Source: Bacteroidales bacterium
Lineage (GTDB): Bacteria; Bacteroidota; Bacteroidia; Bacteroidales; P3
Length of the DNA: 64,000 nucleotides
Direction of reading: 5' to 3'
Assembly (NCBI GenBank): GCA_045222795.1
Contig: JBGUZF010000017.1
Location: forward strand, 4,079-68,078
This document shows, one piece after another, positions 15,888 through 24,770 of this stretch (its first letter is position 1; each line of letters starts with the position of its first letter). The translations under genes and the position numbers were made by a program. The notes under the pieces were generated by a model. It made no database searches, was not told the DNA's origin, and saw only the letters and a program-made list of their open reading frames with translations.

Positions 15888-18545
15888 TTAGTGTTGAATG
15901 ATGAATGATGAATGACGAATGCCAGTTTTCAAGAAATAGATACCATTGGCAAAGGCACTCACGTCAATGGTGATTGTTTGATTGCCGGACTGTTTAATTG
16001 TCTGAATGAGACGTCCTGTGGCATCGAGCAGCTGCACGTCGCCCTGGATGCCACTGACGGTGACAGTGGTCGAGGCGGGATTGGGGTAGAGCTGAAGCTC
16101 GACGGCATCGGCAACGTCTACAATGCCCTGAGTACCGGAATCGGTGAGGACTACAGCTTTGATAAGCCATGAATAGGTCAGTGTCGAGGCAAGGTCCGGC
16201 AGGTGACTCCAAGTGGTGCCGTTGGTGGAAGCCCAGTCGCTGTTGGGATCGCCGGTATAGTTGCATACCGCAGCGGGATGCTGCATGCCAGAGGTCTCGA
16301 AGGTGACCCATAGATTCTGACCTTCGGGAATGGCTAGACTGGCGTTGAGCACCACTTCTTTCCAGCCTTCGTCATTGGCGTTGAAAGTGCAGGTCTGTGT
16401 GTGTGCCAGTGTTCCGGGATTGCTTCCCGTGCCGCCAGTGTAGACGTTAAGGGTATAGCTACCTGCTTCCTTCACATAGAGCATAACGCTCTTGAGGTAG
16501 CTGAAACCTGCAAGCTGAGTGGGTGTGAGCGCTATACCCCAATACATGGGACCACCGCTGGTGCCTACAGAACTGTAGTAAGTACTATTGCCACAGTAGC
16601 TGACGGTGTCGGTATGCGCAGGGTCGTCGCTGGTGACCACGGCTATGGTCTGACTGGCGGTATGCGAACCACTGCTATTGGTAGCCGTTGCCGTTACGGT
16701 GTAGGTGCCGGGATTGGCATAGGAGAAAGTCACGCTGGCGCCGCTGGCACTGCTCGGTGTGGCGCCAGGCATGCTCCAGGTCACCGTAGCCCCGGCGGAA
16801 GCGTTGGCGGTAAAGGTGACGGTAGTGCCCACAGTCGCACGCGAAGGGCCACTGATGGATACCGAAGGAGGTGCGACTGGGGGGATGGCCGATGTAACAG
16901 CTTTAAGCAGCCATGAATAGACAAGCGTCGACGAGAGTTCCTGCAAGTGGCTCCACGAGGTGCCGTTGGTGGAAGCCCAGTCGCTGTTCGGCTCATAGGT
17001 ATAGCGGCAGGCGGCGGAAGGATGGTTCAATCCGTTGGCATAGAATACAACCCAGAGATTCTTTGTGGTGTCGATTGGGCATTCGGCATTGAGGAGCACT
17101 TCTTTCCACGAATTGGTATCGGCAGCGACGAATGTTTTTGTCTGATTGTGTATCAACGTCGCAGGAGCCGTGGTACCGCCCGAATAGACCTTGAGCGTGT
17201 GGGCACCGGGCTCACGGACATAGAGCTGAACGCTCTTGAGGTAATTGCGTCCGGAGAGTTGGTCGGCGGGAATCATAATACCCCAGTACATGGGACCTCC
17301 GCTGGTACCCACAGAGGTATAGTAGGAGCTGTTGCCACAGTAACTGATGGTGTCTGACGGCGTTGTCGGGGGAACGTAACCTTGAGGTTGGACGCCGATA
17401 AGAATCTGCTGGTTTTGGTTGAAAGTATAGGAGGAGGTGGTGCCTGTGCCGCCACCACCAAGGGCGAGGTTATCAAGGGTATAGTAGCCGTTATAGTAAC
17501 CACTCCAACCCCAGTTGAAGTGGAACCGTGTCTCGGCGGTATTGCATCCGTCGCATACGAAGCAATGGCCACCCCCGGCGTCAAATCCGGCATAGAGCAC
17601 AGGCCGCAATGCATTGAGTTCGGCCACAATGTAGTTTTTCCAGTTGCTGTCGCCAGTGCTGTTGCGATACTTGGCCTGGATGTTATTGTCGTAACCGAAG
17701 AACATGGGAAGGGCATCCTGTGCCGAGGGATAAGAAGAATAGCTATACCCGAAGTTGGTCAGCTGTGCGCCACTGGCGTCTGTGCCATAATCCATCTCGA
17801 TTGCGACACCCACATGGTACATTAGCGTGGCGACAGCATTGTCCTGAGCGACACTGCTTGTGCTGCCGAGTGCCGTCGGCATCATCGACCAATTGTAGGT
17901 CGTGGCGCCGAAGTTGGCAGAGAGAGTGCCATAAGGCGAGGTATACGAATGGCTGCCGGTACCCTGTGCGGGGTGGTTCCAATATTTCATAACCTGTGCA
18001 ACAGCCGTGGCCACACATCCTGCCACTGTACGCGCATTCGCCGTGCTGTCGTATGGGCAGAACTTATTATAGTAGGGGCTCTGGTCCCATGTGGTCGAAA
18101 GCAAGGCAGGCACCATGGCAAGAGGCATGGGGTCGCCGGCGATTGCCTTGCTGTATTCCTGCCACTGGGTGGAAACCTCGTCTGAGGCAACAGCGTTGAC
18201 ACTACGCAGGTAATCAATCTGTTCCTGATAGGTAGAGAGCCAATAGCGCACCTCGGGATTGAGCTCAGTAGATGCGGGACTGTCGAACGAGTAGGCAAGG
18301 ATGGGCTGCACACAGTCGTCGGCAGCAACAATGACAAAGCCCGTTGTCGGTGCGGTAAAGACATACATCCCGTCGAAAGGGATGTCGATCTGGCGCATAG
18401 GAGACGTGATAGCCGGCACGTCACCATCGCGGTGGGCGTTCCAGAAATTGGTGGCCACATTGCCTGCCGTCTTGCTATTTATGGGAGCAGCCGTGACGTA
18501 AATGCATACAAGGCTGAACAGCAAAGCAAATAATGTCTTCTTCAT
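15888..18545 (-). CDS. Peptidase C10 family cysteine protease with a duplicated beta-sandwich domain, a PKD-like domain and a T9SS C-terminal domain
   Basis: Motifs: FVIVAADDCVQPILAYS, AGCVATAVAQVMKYWNHP, GGHCFVCDGC ... HFNWGWSG. Two ~150-aa repeats both start DT(I/V)SYCGNS. The C-terminal domain contains LQLYPNPAS ... NGIYFLKTG. I moved the start to MKKTLFALLF (ATG at 18545); the track ORF starts 10 codons earlier at 18575. Confidence 0.9.
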   Translation of the reverse strand: MKKTLFALLFSLVCIYVTAAPINSKTAGNVATNFWNAHRDGDVPAITSPMRQIDIPFDGMYVFTAPTTGFVIVAADDCVQPILAYSFDSPASTELNPEVRYWLSTYQEQIDYLRSVNAVASDEVSTQWQEYSKAIAGDPMPLAMVPALLSTTWDQSPYYNKFCPYDSTANARTVAGCVATAVAQVMKYWNHPAQGTGSHSYTSPYGTLSANFGATTYNWSMMPTALGSTSSVAQDNAVATLMYHVGVAIEMDYGTDASGAQLTNFGYSYSSYPSAQDALPMFFGYDNNIQAKYRNSTGDSNWKNYIVAELNALRPVLYAGFDAGGGHCFVCDGCNTAETRFHFNWGWSGYYNGYYTLDNLALGGGGTGTTSSYTFNQNQQILIGVQPQGYVPPTTPSDTISYCGNSSYYTSVGTSGGPMYWGIMIPADQLSGRNYLKSVQLYVREPGAHTLKVYSGGTTAPATLIHNQTKTFVAADTNSWKEVLLNAECPIDTTKNLWVVFYANGLNHPSAACRYTYEPNSDWASTNGTSWSHLQELSSTLVYSWLLKAVTSAIPPVAPPSVSISGPSRATVGTTVTFTANASAGATVTWSMPGATPSSASGASVTFSYANPGTYTVTATATNSSGSHTASQTIAVVTSDDPAHTDTVSYCGNSTYYSSVGTSGGPMYWGIALTPTQLAGFSYLKSVMLYVKEAGSYTLNVYTGGTGSNPGTLAHTQTCTFNANDEGWKEVVLNASLAIPEGQNLWVTFETSGMQHPAAVCNYTGDPNSDWASTNGTTWSHLPDLASTLTYSWLIKAVVLTDSGTQGIVDVADAVELQLYPNPASTTVTVSGIQGDVQLLDATGRLIQTIKQSGNQTITIDVSAFANGIYFLKTGIRHSSFIIQH
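15893..15920. repeat. Heptamer array (tgttgaa/tgatgaa/tgatgaa/tgacgaa) encoding the extreme C-terminus of the C10 protein
   Basis: The sense strand encodes IRHSSFIIQH followed by the stop. The ttcatca unit family is the same as in aroE at 33621-33650. Confidence 0.75.
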
Positions 18546-18578
18546 TTCTGCATATAGTTTTATGGTTAGTATCATTGA

Positions 18579-21527
18579 TTAACGCTTGATGAACGAAGAA
18601 TGGATGTTACCCACTTTGATAAAGTATACACCGTTGGGAAGAGTGCTGACATCGATTGTGATTGTTTGTGGTGCGCCGTCGGCTTGGCCGACAATGTTTG
18701 ATTGTTTGATTGTTTGAATTAGACGGCCAGTGACGTCGAGCAGCTGAATGTCGCCATGGGCACCAGTGACGATGACATGGGTCAAAGCCGGGTTAGGATA
18801 GAGATTGATGCCGATTATTTCCACATCGTCAACGCCTTCGTGCTGGTCAGCCTCGAAGAAGGCGGTATAGGTGGTGTCGGCAGTGACTGTGACGTTGCGC
18901 ATTCGCGATGTATTGCCGTCGTGCCATCTCACGAAGTGGTAGCCGTCGTTAGGCGTGGCCGTAAGCGTGGCTGTGTATCCAACAGTGTAGGTTCCACTAC
19001 CGCCGACAGTACCCCATTCAGGGTTATTGCTGACAACGGTGACGATATATGTAGCCGGGGGCATGACCTCGAAGAAAGCAATGTAGTTGGCATCGCCTGT
19101 CACTGTGAAGGAGCGCGGATTCTCAGTGTTGTAGTCCTGCCAACGAACAAAACGGTAACCGTCAACGGGAATGGCCGTGAGGGTTGCTGTGGCACCAACA
19201 GGATACAATCCTCCACCCTCAACGGTGCCCCATCCGCTGTTGTTGCATCCAGCATGTATGGTGCAGGGAGGAATAGCCTCGAAGTAGGCCGTGTAGGTGG
19301 CATCGCCATTGACAGTGACGCTACGAGGATTATCAGTAAAACCGTCGTTCCAGCGCAGGAACCGATAGCCCGCAGAAGGAGTGGCGACAATAGTGGCCGT
19401 GCTGCCCTGCGAGTAAAGCCCCCCGCCGCTGACGGTACCCCAGTCGGGATTGTTGCTTACCACATTGAGCATGTAGCGATTCGAATCAAATATTGCAGTA
19501 AAGCTAGTGTCGCACGCTAGTACAAAAGAGCGCGGATTGGTCGTCACACCATCATTCCACTGTATGAAACGGTGGCTTGGTCTCGCCGCAGCATGTACTG
19601 TCACCGTGCTACCCTCGTGGTAGGTGCCACTGCCGAACACCAGTCCCATCGTGGTATCGTTGCTATTGACAGTCACCGTACGCAGTGGCGGGACAAAGAG
19701 GGCGCGAATCATGAATGTGTAACGGTAGGTGTTGTAGGAAGTCATGTTGTTGCCCCAACACATGCCGTCATTGTTGCCACTGTAGTATGTCACCGCAGCA
19801 GGATAGGATGCATTGGAGCAGGTGAATGAAATCCATATTGGCTGCGTTGCATCGACAGCAACAGGTGTGGTGAGCGGGATGGTGTTCCATGCTCCAGTGT
19901 TATTGGAGGTGAACGTGTGAGTTGAGGTGTAAAGCAACGTTGTGGGCGACGAAGCGCCAGTGTGTATATTGAGGGTGTAGGTTCCAGCCTTGCTGACATA
20001 GAGCTGTACGGCTGAAAGGGAATGCCCGGCGGTGAGCGTGGAGGCAGGCAACTTAATACCCCAACGGTAGTTATTGCCACTCACACTGTAACTCGTCTGA
20101 CGCCGGCCATTGCTGCCACAATAGCTAAGGGTGTCGCCACTAAGGGCGACGAAATGGGCAGTGACATTCATGTTGCCGGAATTGACAACGAGCTTACGCG
20201 GGTTGTACTTGTTACCGTCGCTCCAATGGTCGAAACGATAACCTGCAGCAGCCGTGGCAAGTAGTGTCACAGTGTCGAAGGCACCGTATGTGCCGCCACC
20301 GCTGACGCTGCAGCCGCTAGTGCCGCCGACAGTGTTAACGGTGACTGTCCCGCCCGTACCCCAGCCAGTAGTTACCGGCTGGATGCCGATAACGGCGGAA
20401 TTGCTGAGATTGAAGGTATACGTCGAATTGCCGCCTATGCCGCCACTTCCTGGGTTCAGCGTGCCTATGGCATAGTAGCCATCGTAACTGCCGCCCCACC
20501 CCCAATTGACATGAAAGAGACCATTGTTGTTATAGCCGTCGAACACAAAGGCATGGCCTGCCGATGTATCGTAGCCTGTGTATAGAAGCGGGCGACCGTT
20601 ATCAAGCTCGTTGCGAAGGAGAGCCTTCCAGTCGGCATCGGTGAAGTCAAGCAGATAGACGCCATGGATATTATGGCTGTAGCGGAAGTAGGTCTTCAAT
20701 GCGTTTTCAGCACTGGCAGTGGTCACGTTACCACCCGAGTTGGTGGCAGCGCCACTTCCGGAAGCGGAGTAGTTCATGTGTGCCGCCACACCGATATGAT
20801 ACATCAGGGTGGCCACAGCATTTATCTGTGTCGTACTGCTCGAAGAACTAAGGCTGTTCGGCATATTGGACCACTGATAGGTTGTGGCGCCGAAGTTGGC
20901 GCTCAATGTGCCATAATTCGTAGTGTTGTAACTGTGACTACCATACCCTGTAGTAGGATGATTCCAGAACTTCATTATCTGTGCCGTGGCGGTGGCGGTG
21001 CAGCCCGACACCGAACGGCCGCCACCAGTGCTGTCGTAAGGACAGAGGTTATTGTAGCGGGGCGATTGGTTCCATGTAGTGCTGAGCATCGGGCTTACGG
21101 CGGTAAGAGGTGCCGGAGGCACAACACCCTTGACCAGCATATTCCACTGCTCTTCAGCCTCGCCCTTTCCGTTGTCCACTTCATGCAAGCGGCAGAAAGC
21201 TATCTGCTGCGCATAAAGGTCCAGCCACTCGGCCACATGCACGGGCATGTCGTTCAATGGGAATTCGCCGGTGACAGAATAGCCCAATATGGGCAGCACA
21301 CAATCGTCGGCAGAAACGAGGATGAACCCTCCATCTTCCGAGGCAAAGATATAGAACTCGGTATAGGGACTTTGTTTTGTGATGTCTACCAACGATGCGG
21401 TGTCTCTCATTCCTGCCGCACTCATGAACGTGGTGGCGGCACGCCGTGCCGTTCCCGCATCGACCGGACGGGCCGTTGCTGTGACACACAGCAGTGTCAA
21501 GACCAGTGCAAACAGTGTTTTCTTCAT
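18579..21527 (-). CDS. Peptidase C10 family cysteine protease with five InlB-B-like (Listeria-Bacteroides type) repeats and a T9SS C-terminal domain
   Basis: 982 aa. Motifs: FILVSADDCVLPILGYS, SGCTATATAQIMKFWNHP, AGHAFVFDGY ... HVNWGWGG. The repeats are GYRFDHWSDG, SHRFIQWNDG, GYRFLRWNDG, GYRFVRWQDY and GYHFVRWHDG. The C-terminal domain contains INLYPNPAL ... NGVYFIKVG. Confidence 0.9.
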   Translation of the reverse strand: MKKTLFALVLTLLCVTATARPVDAGTARRAATTFMSAAGMRDTASLVDITKQSPYTEFYIFASEDGGFILVSADDCVLPILGYSVTGEFPLNDMPVHVAEWLDLYAQQIAFCRLHEVDNGKGEAEEQWNMLVKGVVPPAPLTAVSPMLSTTWNQSPRYNNLCPYDSTGGGRSVSGCTATATAQIMKFWNHPTTGYGSHSYNTTNYGTLSANFGATTYQWSNMPNSLSSSSSTTQINAVATLMYHIGVAAHMNYSASGSGAATNSGGNVTTASAENALKTYFRYSHNIHGVYLLDFTDADWKALLRNELDNGRPLLYTGYDTSAGHAFVFDGYNNNGLFHVNWGWGGSYDGYYAIGTLNPGSGGIGGNSTYTFNLSNSAVIGIQPVTTGWGTGGTVTVNTVGGTSGCSVSGGGTYGAFDTVTLLATAAAGYRFDHWSDGNKYNPRKLVVNSGNMNVTAHFVALSGDTLSYCGSNGRRQTSYSVSGNNYRWGIKLPASTLTAGHSLSAVQLYVSKAGTYTLNIHTGASSPTTLLYTSTHTFTSNNTGAWNTIPLTTPVAVDATQPIWISFTCSNASYPAAVTYYSGNNDGMCWGNNMTSYNTYRYTFMIRALFVPPLRTVTVNSNDTTMGLVFGSGTYHEGSTVTVHAAARPSHRFIQWNDGVTTNPRSFVLACDTSFTAIFDSNRYMLNVVSNNPDWGTVSGGGLYSQGSTATIVATPSAGYRFLRWNDGFTDNPRSVTVNGDATYTAYFEAIPPCTIHAGCNNSGWGTVEGGGLYPVGATATLTAIPVDGYRFVRWQDYNTENPRSFTVTGDANYIAFFEVMPPATYIVTVVSNNPEWGTVGGSGTYTVGYTATLTATPNDGYHFVRWHDGNTSRMRNVTVTADTTYTAFFEADQHEGVDDVEIIGINLYPNPALTHVIVTGAHGDIQLLDVTGRLIQTIKQSNIVGQADGAPQTITIDVSTLPNGVYFIKVGNIHSSFIKR

Positions 21528-21541
21528 TGTTATCTCTTTTC

Positions 21542-22342
21542 CTATTGACGTGAGAGGAACCGCACTTCGGCGGGATTGATGAGGCCCAGCGAGATGGCCT
21601 TGGCCACACGTGCGGCGCTCTTGTTGACAATGTCCAATCGGCGCGAGAGGTCTTTCTGGCGTTCCTGCACCACCTTGTCGGTCTCGCCGAGCTGGTTGGA
21701 TATCTCAGCCGCCGTGCAGCCTGCCGCTTCAAGGAGCAGCAGCTGCCGCTCGGTGTCGCTGAGGCCGAACGAGGGGTCGTGGGCAGAGACAAGGTCGAGG
21801 TAATGGCCGGCGGCCTCCTTGAGGGTGAGCATCACAGGGTAGTTGAAGTAGAACTGCTCACCACGCTCCAGGCATGATATGGCCCGCAGTATGTTCTCTA
21901 TGGCGAAGCCGCCCACGGCGTTCTTGCTCACGAAGGCCGAGGCGCCGAGCTTCAAGGCGTCCATTACCACACAGCCTATGTCATAGAGCCGCTGTCCGCG
22001 GTCTTCCTCGCCAGGCAGGGGGGCGTCGAAGCGACCCGAGAAAACGATGACCTTGATGTCGGGATAGCGTTCGTGGACACGGTTGGTGATGCGCAAGCCT
22101 CCGGTAGGCTCGCCATCGAGCTCCATGTCCACCAGCAGGTAGTCGGGCGGCTCACACTTGCTCAATGTGGCCATCAGCGAAGGGCCGTCGGCAAAGGTCT
22201 CCACCATCTCCACGCGGCTGATGACGCTGGCGTCGAGGTCGCCGGTCTCCACCTTGGCGGCACGGCTGTTCATCTCCATCTTGACGACCTTGCGTATCAG
22301 CGGCTCGTCGTCAACCATCATTACTCGTATCTTCTTTTCCAT
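21542..22342 (-). CDS. Response regulator with a receiver domain (carrying insertions) and a LuxR-type HTH output
   Basis: 266 aa. N-terminus KIRVMMVDDEPLIRK, acceptor context YLLVDMEL, and a C-terminal LSDTERQLLLLEAAGCTAAEISNQLG helix-turn-helix. Confidence 0.8.
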   Translation of the reverse strand: MEKKIRVMMVDDEPLIRKVVKMEMNSRAAKVETGDLDASVISRVEMVETFADGPSLMATLSKCEPPDYLLVDMELDGEPTGGLRITNRVHERYPDIKVIVFSGRFDAPLPGEEDRGQRLYDIGCVVMDALKLGASAFVSKNAVGGFAIENILRAISCLERGEQFYFNYPVMLTLKEAAGHYLDLVSAHDPSFGLSDTERQLLLLEAAGCTAAEISNQLGETDKVVQERQKDLSRRLDIVNKSAARVAKAISLGLINPAEVRFLSRQ

Positions 22343-22355
22343 TTTTCTTGTCTAC

Positions 22356-24293
22356 TTAACTACTAAGTCTCACATGCATCGTCGTTCCGCGACCCTCTTC
22401 GCTCTCGGCCCAGATGCGGCAGCCGCGGCGCGTCAAGTCGTCGTGTTTCTTGATGATATAGCGGCACAGTATCAGTCCGAAGCCGTGCTCGCTGCCTGCC
22501 GGCAACGTGCGGTCGGCGCGGAAGAGCGCCTCCACCTGCTCGGCACTCATGCCGCTGCCGGTGTCGGAAACAGTGATGTCCACCATCTCGCCGTCGGCCT
22601 GCGCTGCAACGGTGACGCCGCCTGCGGCGGTGTGCTGCAGGGCGTTGTTTATGAGGTTGCGCAGCAGGATTGTCAGCAGCAGGCGGTCGCCCGTGACATG
22701 CAACGGCGTGGACACAAAGTGCAGACCAACTCCGGCGGCAGGCGACAGCACCTGGCCCTGCACGTCGTCGAACACCTCCTGCAAAGGGAAGGTGCTACGG
22801 TTGAAGGCCAAGCCGCTGGGTATGGACAGCGAGGTCCAGTTCTTGATATTGTCGAAGGTGCGCAGCAGCTGCTGCAGCACCTCGTCACGCAACTCAGGCG
22901 TGAGGTCGGGATTGCTCAAGTAGCCCATGAAGGGGCTCACGTCGTGGCGCAGCACGCTGAGGGTGGTCTCCACATTGGCTATGCGCTCCACGTCGCGCCG
23001 CTTGGCCTCCTCGAGCTGCCGTTTCTCACGGCTCAGTCGCCGTGCGGCGAACCACAGCAGCGCGGTGAGTGCCAGCAATACCACCGCCAGCACACCGAAG
23101 CCCATGGCGGTGTGTGTCATCCAGCGGCTGCGTCTCTGGGCGGTGGCCAGCGACTGCTGTAGGACGAAGTCCTCACGCTCGTTGCGGGAGATATAGTCCT
23201 GCAACTCGGCGCGGTGCACATACCAAGTACGCACCTCATCTGGCGTGGCGGCCAGTCGGCTGCGGATAATCACGTCGAAGTAGCCCACCTCCATCTTGGG
23301 AGCCGAGAAAGGTTTCCAGGTGCCGCGCATCGAGCGCCATTCCGACAGCACCTCGTGGGCTTTCGCGGTGTCGCCTATCAGCAGGGCATAGCGCGCCGTC
23401 GAGGTGACGCCGCCAAGCATCTGATAGGGGTCGCCGTATTCGAAGAAAGCCTCGCGGGCAGCATCGTAGAGGTAGAGCACGCTGTCGGGCGGCGTAGGGC
23501 CGGGGGTGCTCTTCAGCGCCGAGGCCATCATCTGCAGGGTGTTTGCATAATGGTAGGTGCAGAAAGCACTAGGTATTTCAAGGATGTCGAAATTGTCCTC
23601 GCAGTATTCCAAAGCCTTGTCGCTCTCGCCAGCGCTCTGCCAGCCGTAGGCCATGGCATAGTTCAAAGCCATATCCTGCGCATAGTCGACCCTCAACTGA
23701 GGCCGACGCCCTTCAATCTCGGCCAGCAGGGTGCGCACATCACCCTCCCTGTCATCGCGGTAATGGTAGTTGAGCACCAACATGGTGATGTAGTACTCGG
23801 TCTGGGCATAGTCGTAGAGCAGCTTGCCGCGGCTACGTTCGAGAACTCCACTGCGGTTGATGTCGTATAGCAGGCGATAGCTGTCGGCGATGCGACAGTC
23901 GCGCTGCAACAACCGGGCACGTATCAGACGCGCTATCACCGACTCGATATCGCCGTTTCCGACAGCCTTGACATTTGACGCCACCTTTCGTTCCACCATG
24001 TCGAGCATGCGGTTGGCCTCCTGGGCATCAGACATCTGGTAGTAGGCGAAGGCCATGTTATTGCGGGCCCGCAGCTCGCCGTCGACATAGTCGGGCAGCG
24101 AGTCGGCGATATAGCGCAACGCCTGTTCGGAGAGGGCGATGCAGCTGTCGGGGTCACGGTAGCGATTGACAAAAGCCTCCTTGTTCAGGCCATCGACCAC
24201 CGAGCGGCGCAAGGGGTCGACAGGCACCTGCTTCTGGCAGCCTGCAAGCAGCAGCACGGCCATCACAACAAAGGTTGTCCACATATATTTCAC
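22356..24293 (-). CDS. Sensor histidine kinase with a lipoprotein-type signal, a TPR-like extracytoplasmic region, one transmembrane helix, and HisKA plus HATPase domains
   Basis: 645 aa. LLLAGC lipobox, the transmembrane segment [20 protein letters not shown], the H-box [11 protein letters not shown], and [10 protein letters not shown] ... VSDTGSGMS. The codon at 24293 is GTG; an ATG three codons further in (24284) is an alternative start. Confidence 0.85.
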   Translation of the reverse strand: MKYMWTTFVVMAVLLLAGCQKQVPVDPLRRSVVDGLNKEAFVNRYRDPDSCIALSEQALRYIADSLPDYVDGELRARNNMAFAYYQMSDAQEANRMLDMVERKVASNVKAVGNGDIESVIARLIRARLLQRDCRIADSYRLLYDINRSGVLERSRGKLLYDYAQTEYYITMLVLNYHYRDDREGDVRTLLAEIEGRRPQLRVDYAQDMALNYAMAYGWQSAGESDKALEYCEDNFDILEIPSAFCTYHYANTLQMMASALKSTPGPTPPDSVLYLYDAAREAFFEYGDPYQMLGGVTSTARYALLIGDTAKAHEVLSEWRSMRGTWKPFSAPKMEVGYFDVIIRSRLAATPDEVRTWYVHRAELQDYISRNEREDFVLQQSLATAQRRSRWMTHTAMGFGVLAVVLLALTALLWFAARRLSREKRQLEEAKRRDVERIANVETTLSVLRHDVSPFMGYLSNPDLTPELRDEVLQQLLRTFDNIKNWTSLSIPSGLAFNRSTFPLQEVFDDVQGQVLSPAAGVGLHFVSTPLHVTGDRLLLTILLRNLINNALQHTAAGGVTVAAQADGEMVDITVSDTGSGMSAEQVEALFRADRTLPAGSEHGFGLILCRYIIKKHDDLTRRGCRIWAESEEGRGTTMHVRLSS

Positions 24294-24297
24294 GGTG

Positions 24298-24305
24298 CAA
24301 AGATA
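24298..24305 (-). promoter_or_regulatory. Candidate -7 promoter element (TAtcTTTG) immediately upstream of the kinase gene
   Basis: The plus strand reads caaagata, 5 nt from the GTG and 14 nt from the ATG. This implies a very short leader. Confidence 0.4.
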
Positions 24306-24369
24306 CGAAAAAAAGAATTAATAGCAAGAATACATCATAAAAAAGTCATCCGCGCCCTATTTGCGACCT

Positions 24370-24464
24370 CTGTTCTTCAGTTGTTCTTCAGTTGTTCTTC
24401 AGTCGTTCTTCAGTGGATGACCGAAGAAATACCGAAGAAATACCGAAGAAATACCAAAGAAATG
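24370..24464. repeat. Two adjacent blocks of 4 x 11-nt tandem units (ttgttcttcag x4, then ccgaagaaata x4) in imperfect inverted orientation
   Basis: Read directly from the sequence. The reverse complement of the unit in block 1 matches the unit in block 2 at 8 of 11 positions. Confidence 0.85.
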
Positions 24465-24561
24465 TGCTACCTATCACCTTGTTTTCACCTACGGCAGAGC
24501 AAAACCACAAGTACAAAACATATTATATCTCAGGGGATTGCCATTAATATTGCAAAATTAT

Positions 24562-24592
24562 TTTGCCAATTCGGAAAATGTTCGTACTTTTG
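24562..24592 (+). promoter_or_regulatory. Bacteroidetes promoter (-33 TTTG, 19-nt spacer, -7 TActTTTG) for tRNA-Cys
   Basis: TTTGccaattcggaaaatgttcgTACTTTTG. It is nearly identical in layout to the promoter at 33922-33952. Confidence 0.7.
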
Positions 24593-24651
24593 CACTCCGA
24601 AAAATAGAAACGGTTGCTCGACTTTGCTCGCACACATTTCTATTTTGAAAT

Positions 24652-24722
24652 GGTCGTTTGGCCGAGGGGCTAGGCACAGGTCTGCAAAACCTGCTACTCC
24701 GGTTCAAATCCGGAAGCGACCT
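24652..24722 (+). tRNA. tRNA-Cys (anticodon GCA)
   Basis: Hand-folded cloverleaf. Acceptor ggtcgtt/agcgacc, anticodon stem caggt/acctg with loop ctGCAaa, T arm tccgg-ttcaaat-ccgga. Length 71 nt with no encoded CCA. Confidence 0.8.
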
Positions 24723-24729
24723 CACGAAG

Positions 24730-24759
24730 AAGGGCCTCTAAACAACAGAGGTCCTTTTT
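24730..24759 (+). terminator. Rho-independent terminator after tRNA-Cys
   Basis: aagggcctct aaacaac agaggtcctt forms the hairpin and a T run follows. Confidence 0.7.
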
Positions 24760-24770
24760 GTTATAGTGCT

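Noticed and set aside
24381-24770. A 130-codon N-terminal extension of the mnmA ORF in the supplied track
   Set aside because: It runs through a promoter, the tRNA-Cys gene and its terminator. The conserved MnmA N-terminus ([14 protein letters not shown]) begins at the ATG at 24771.
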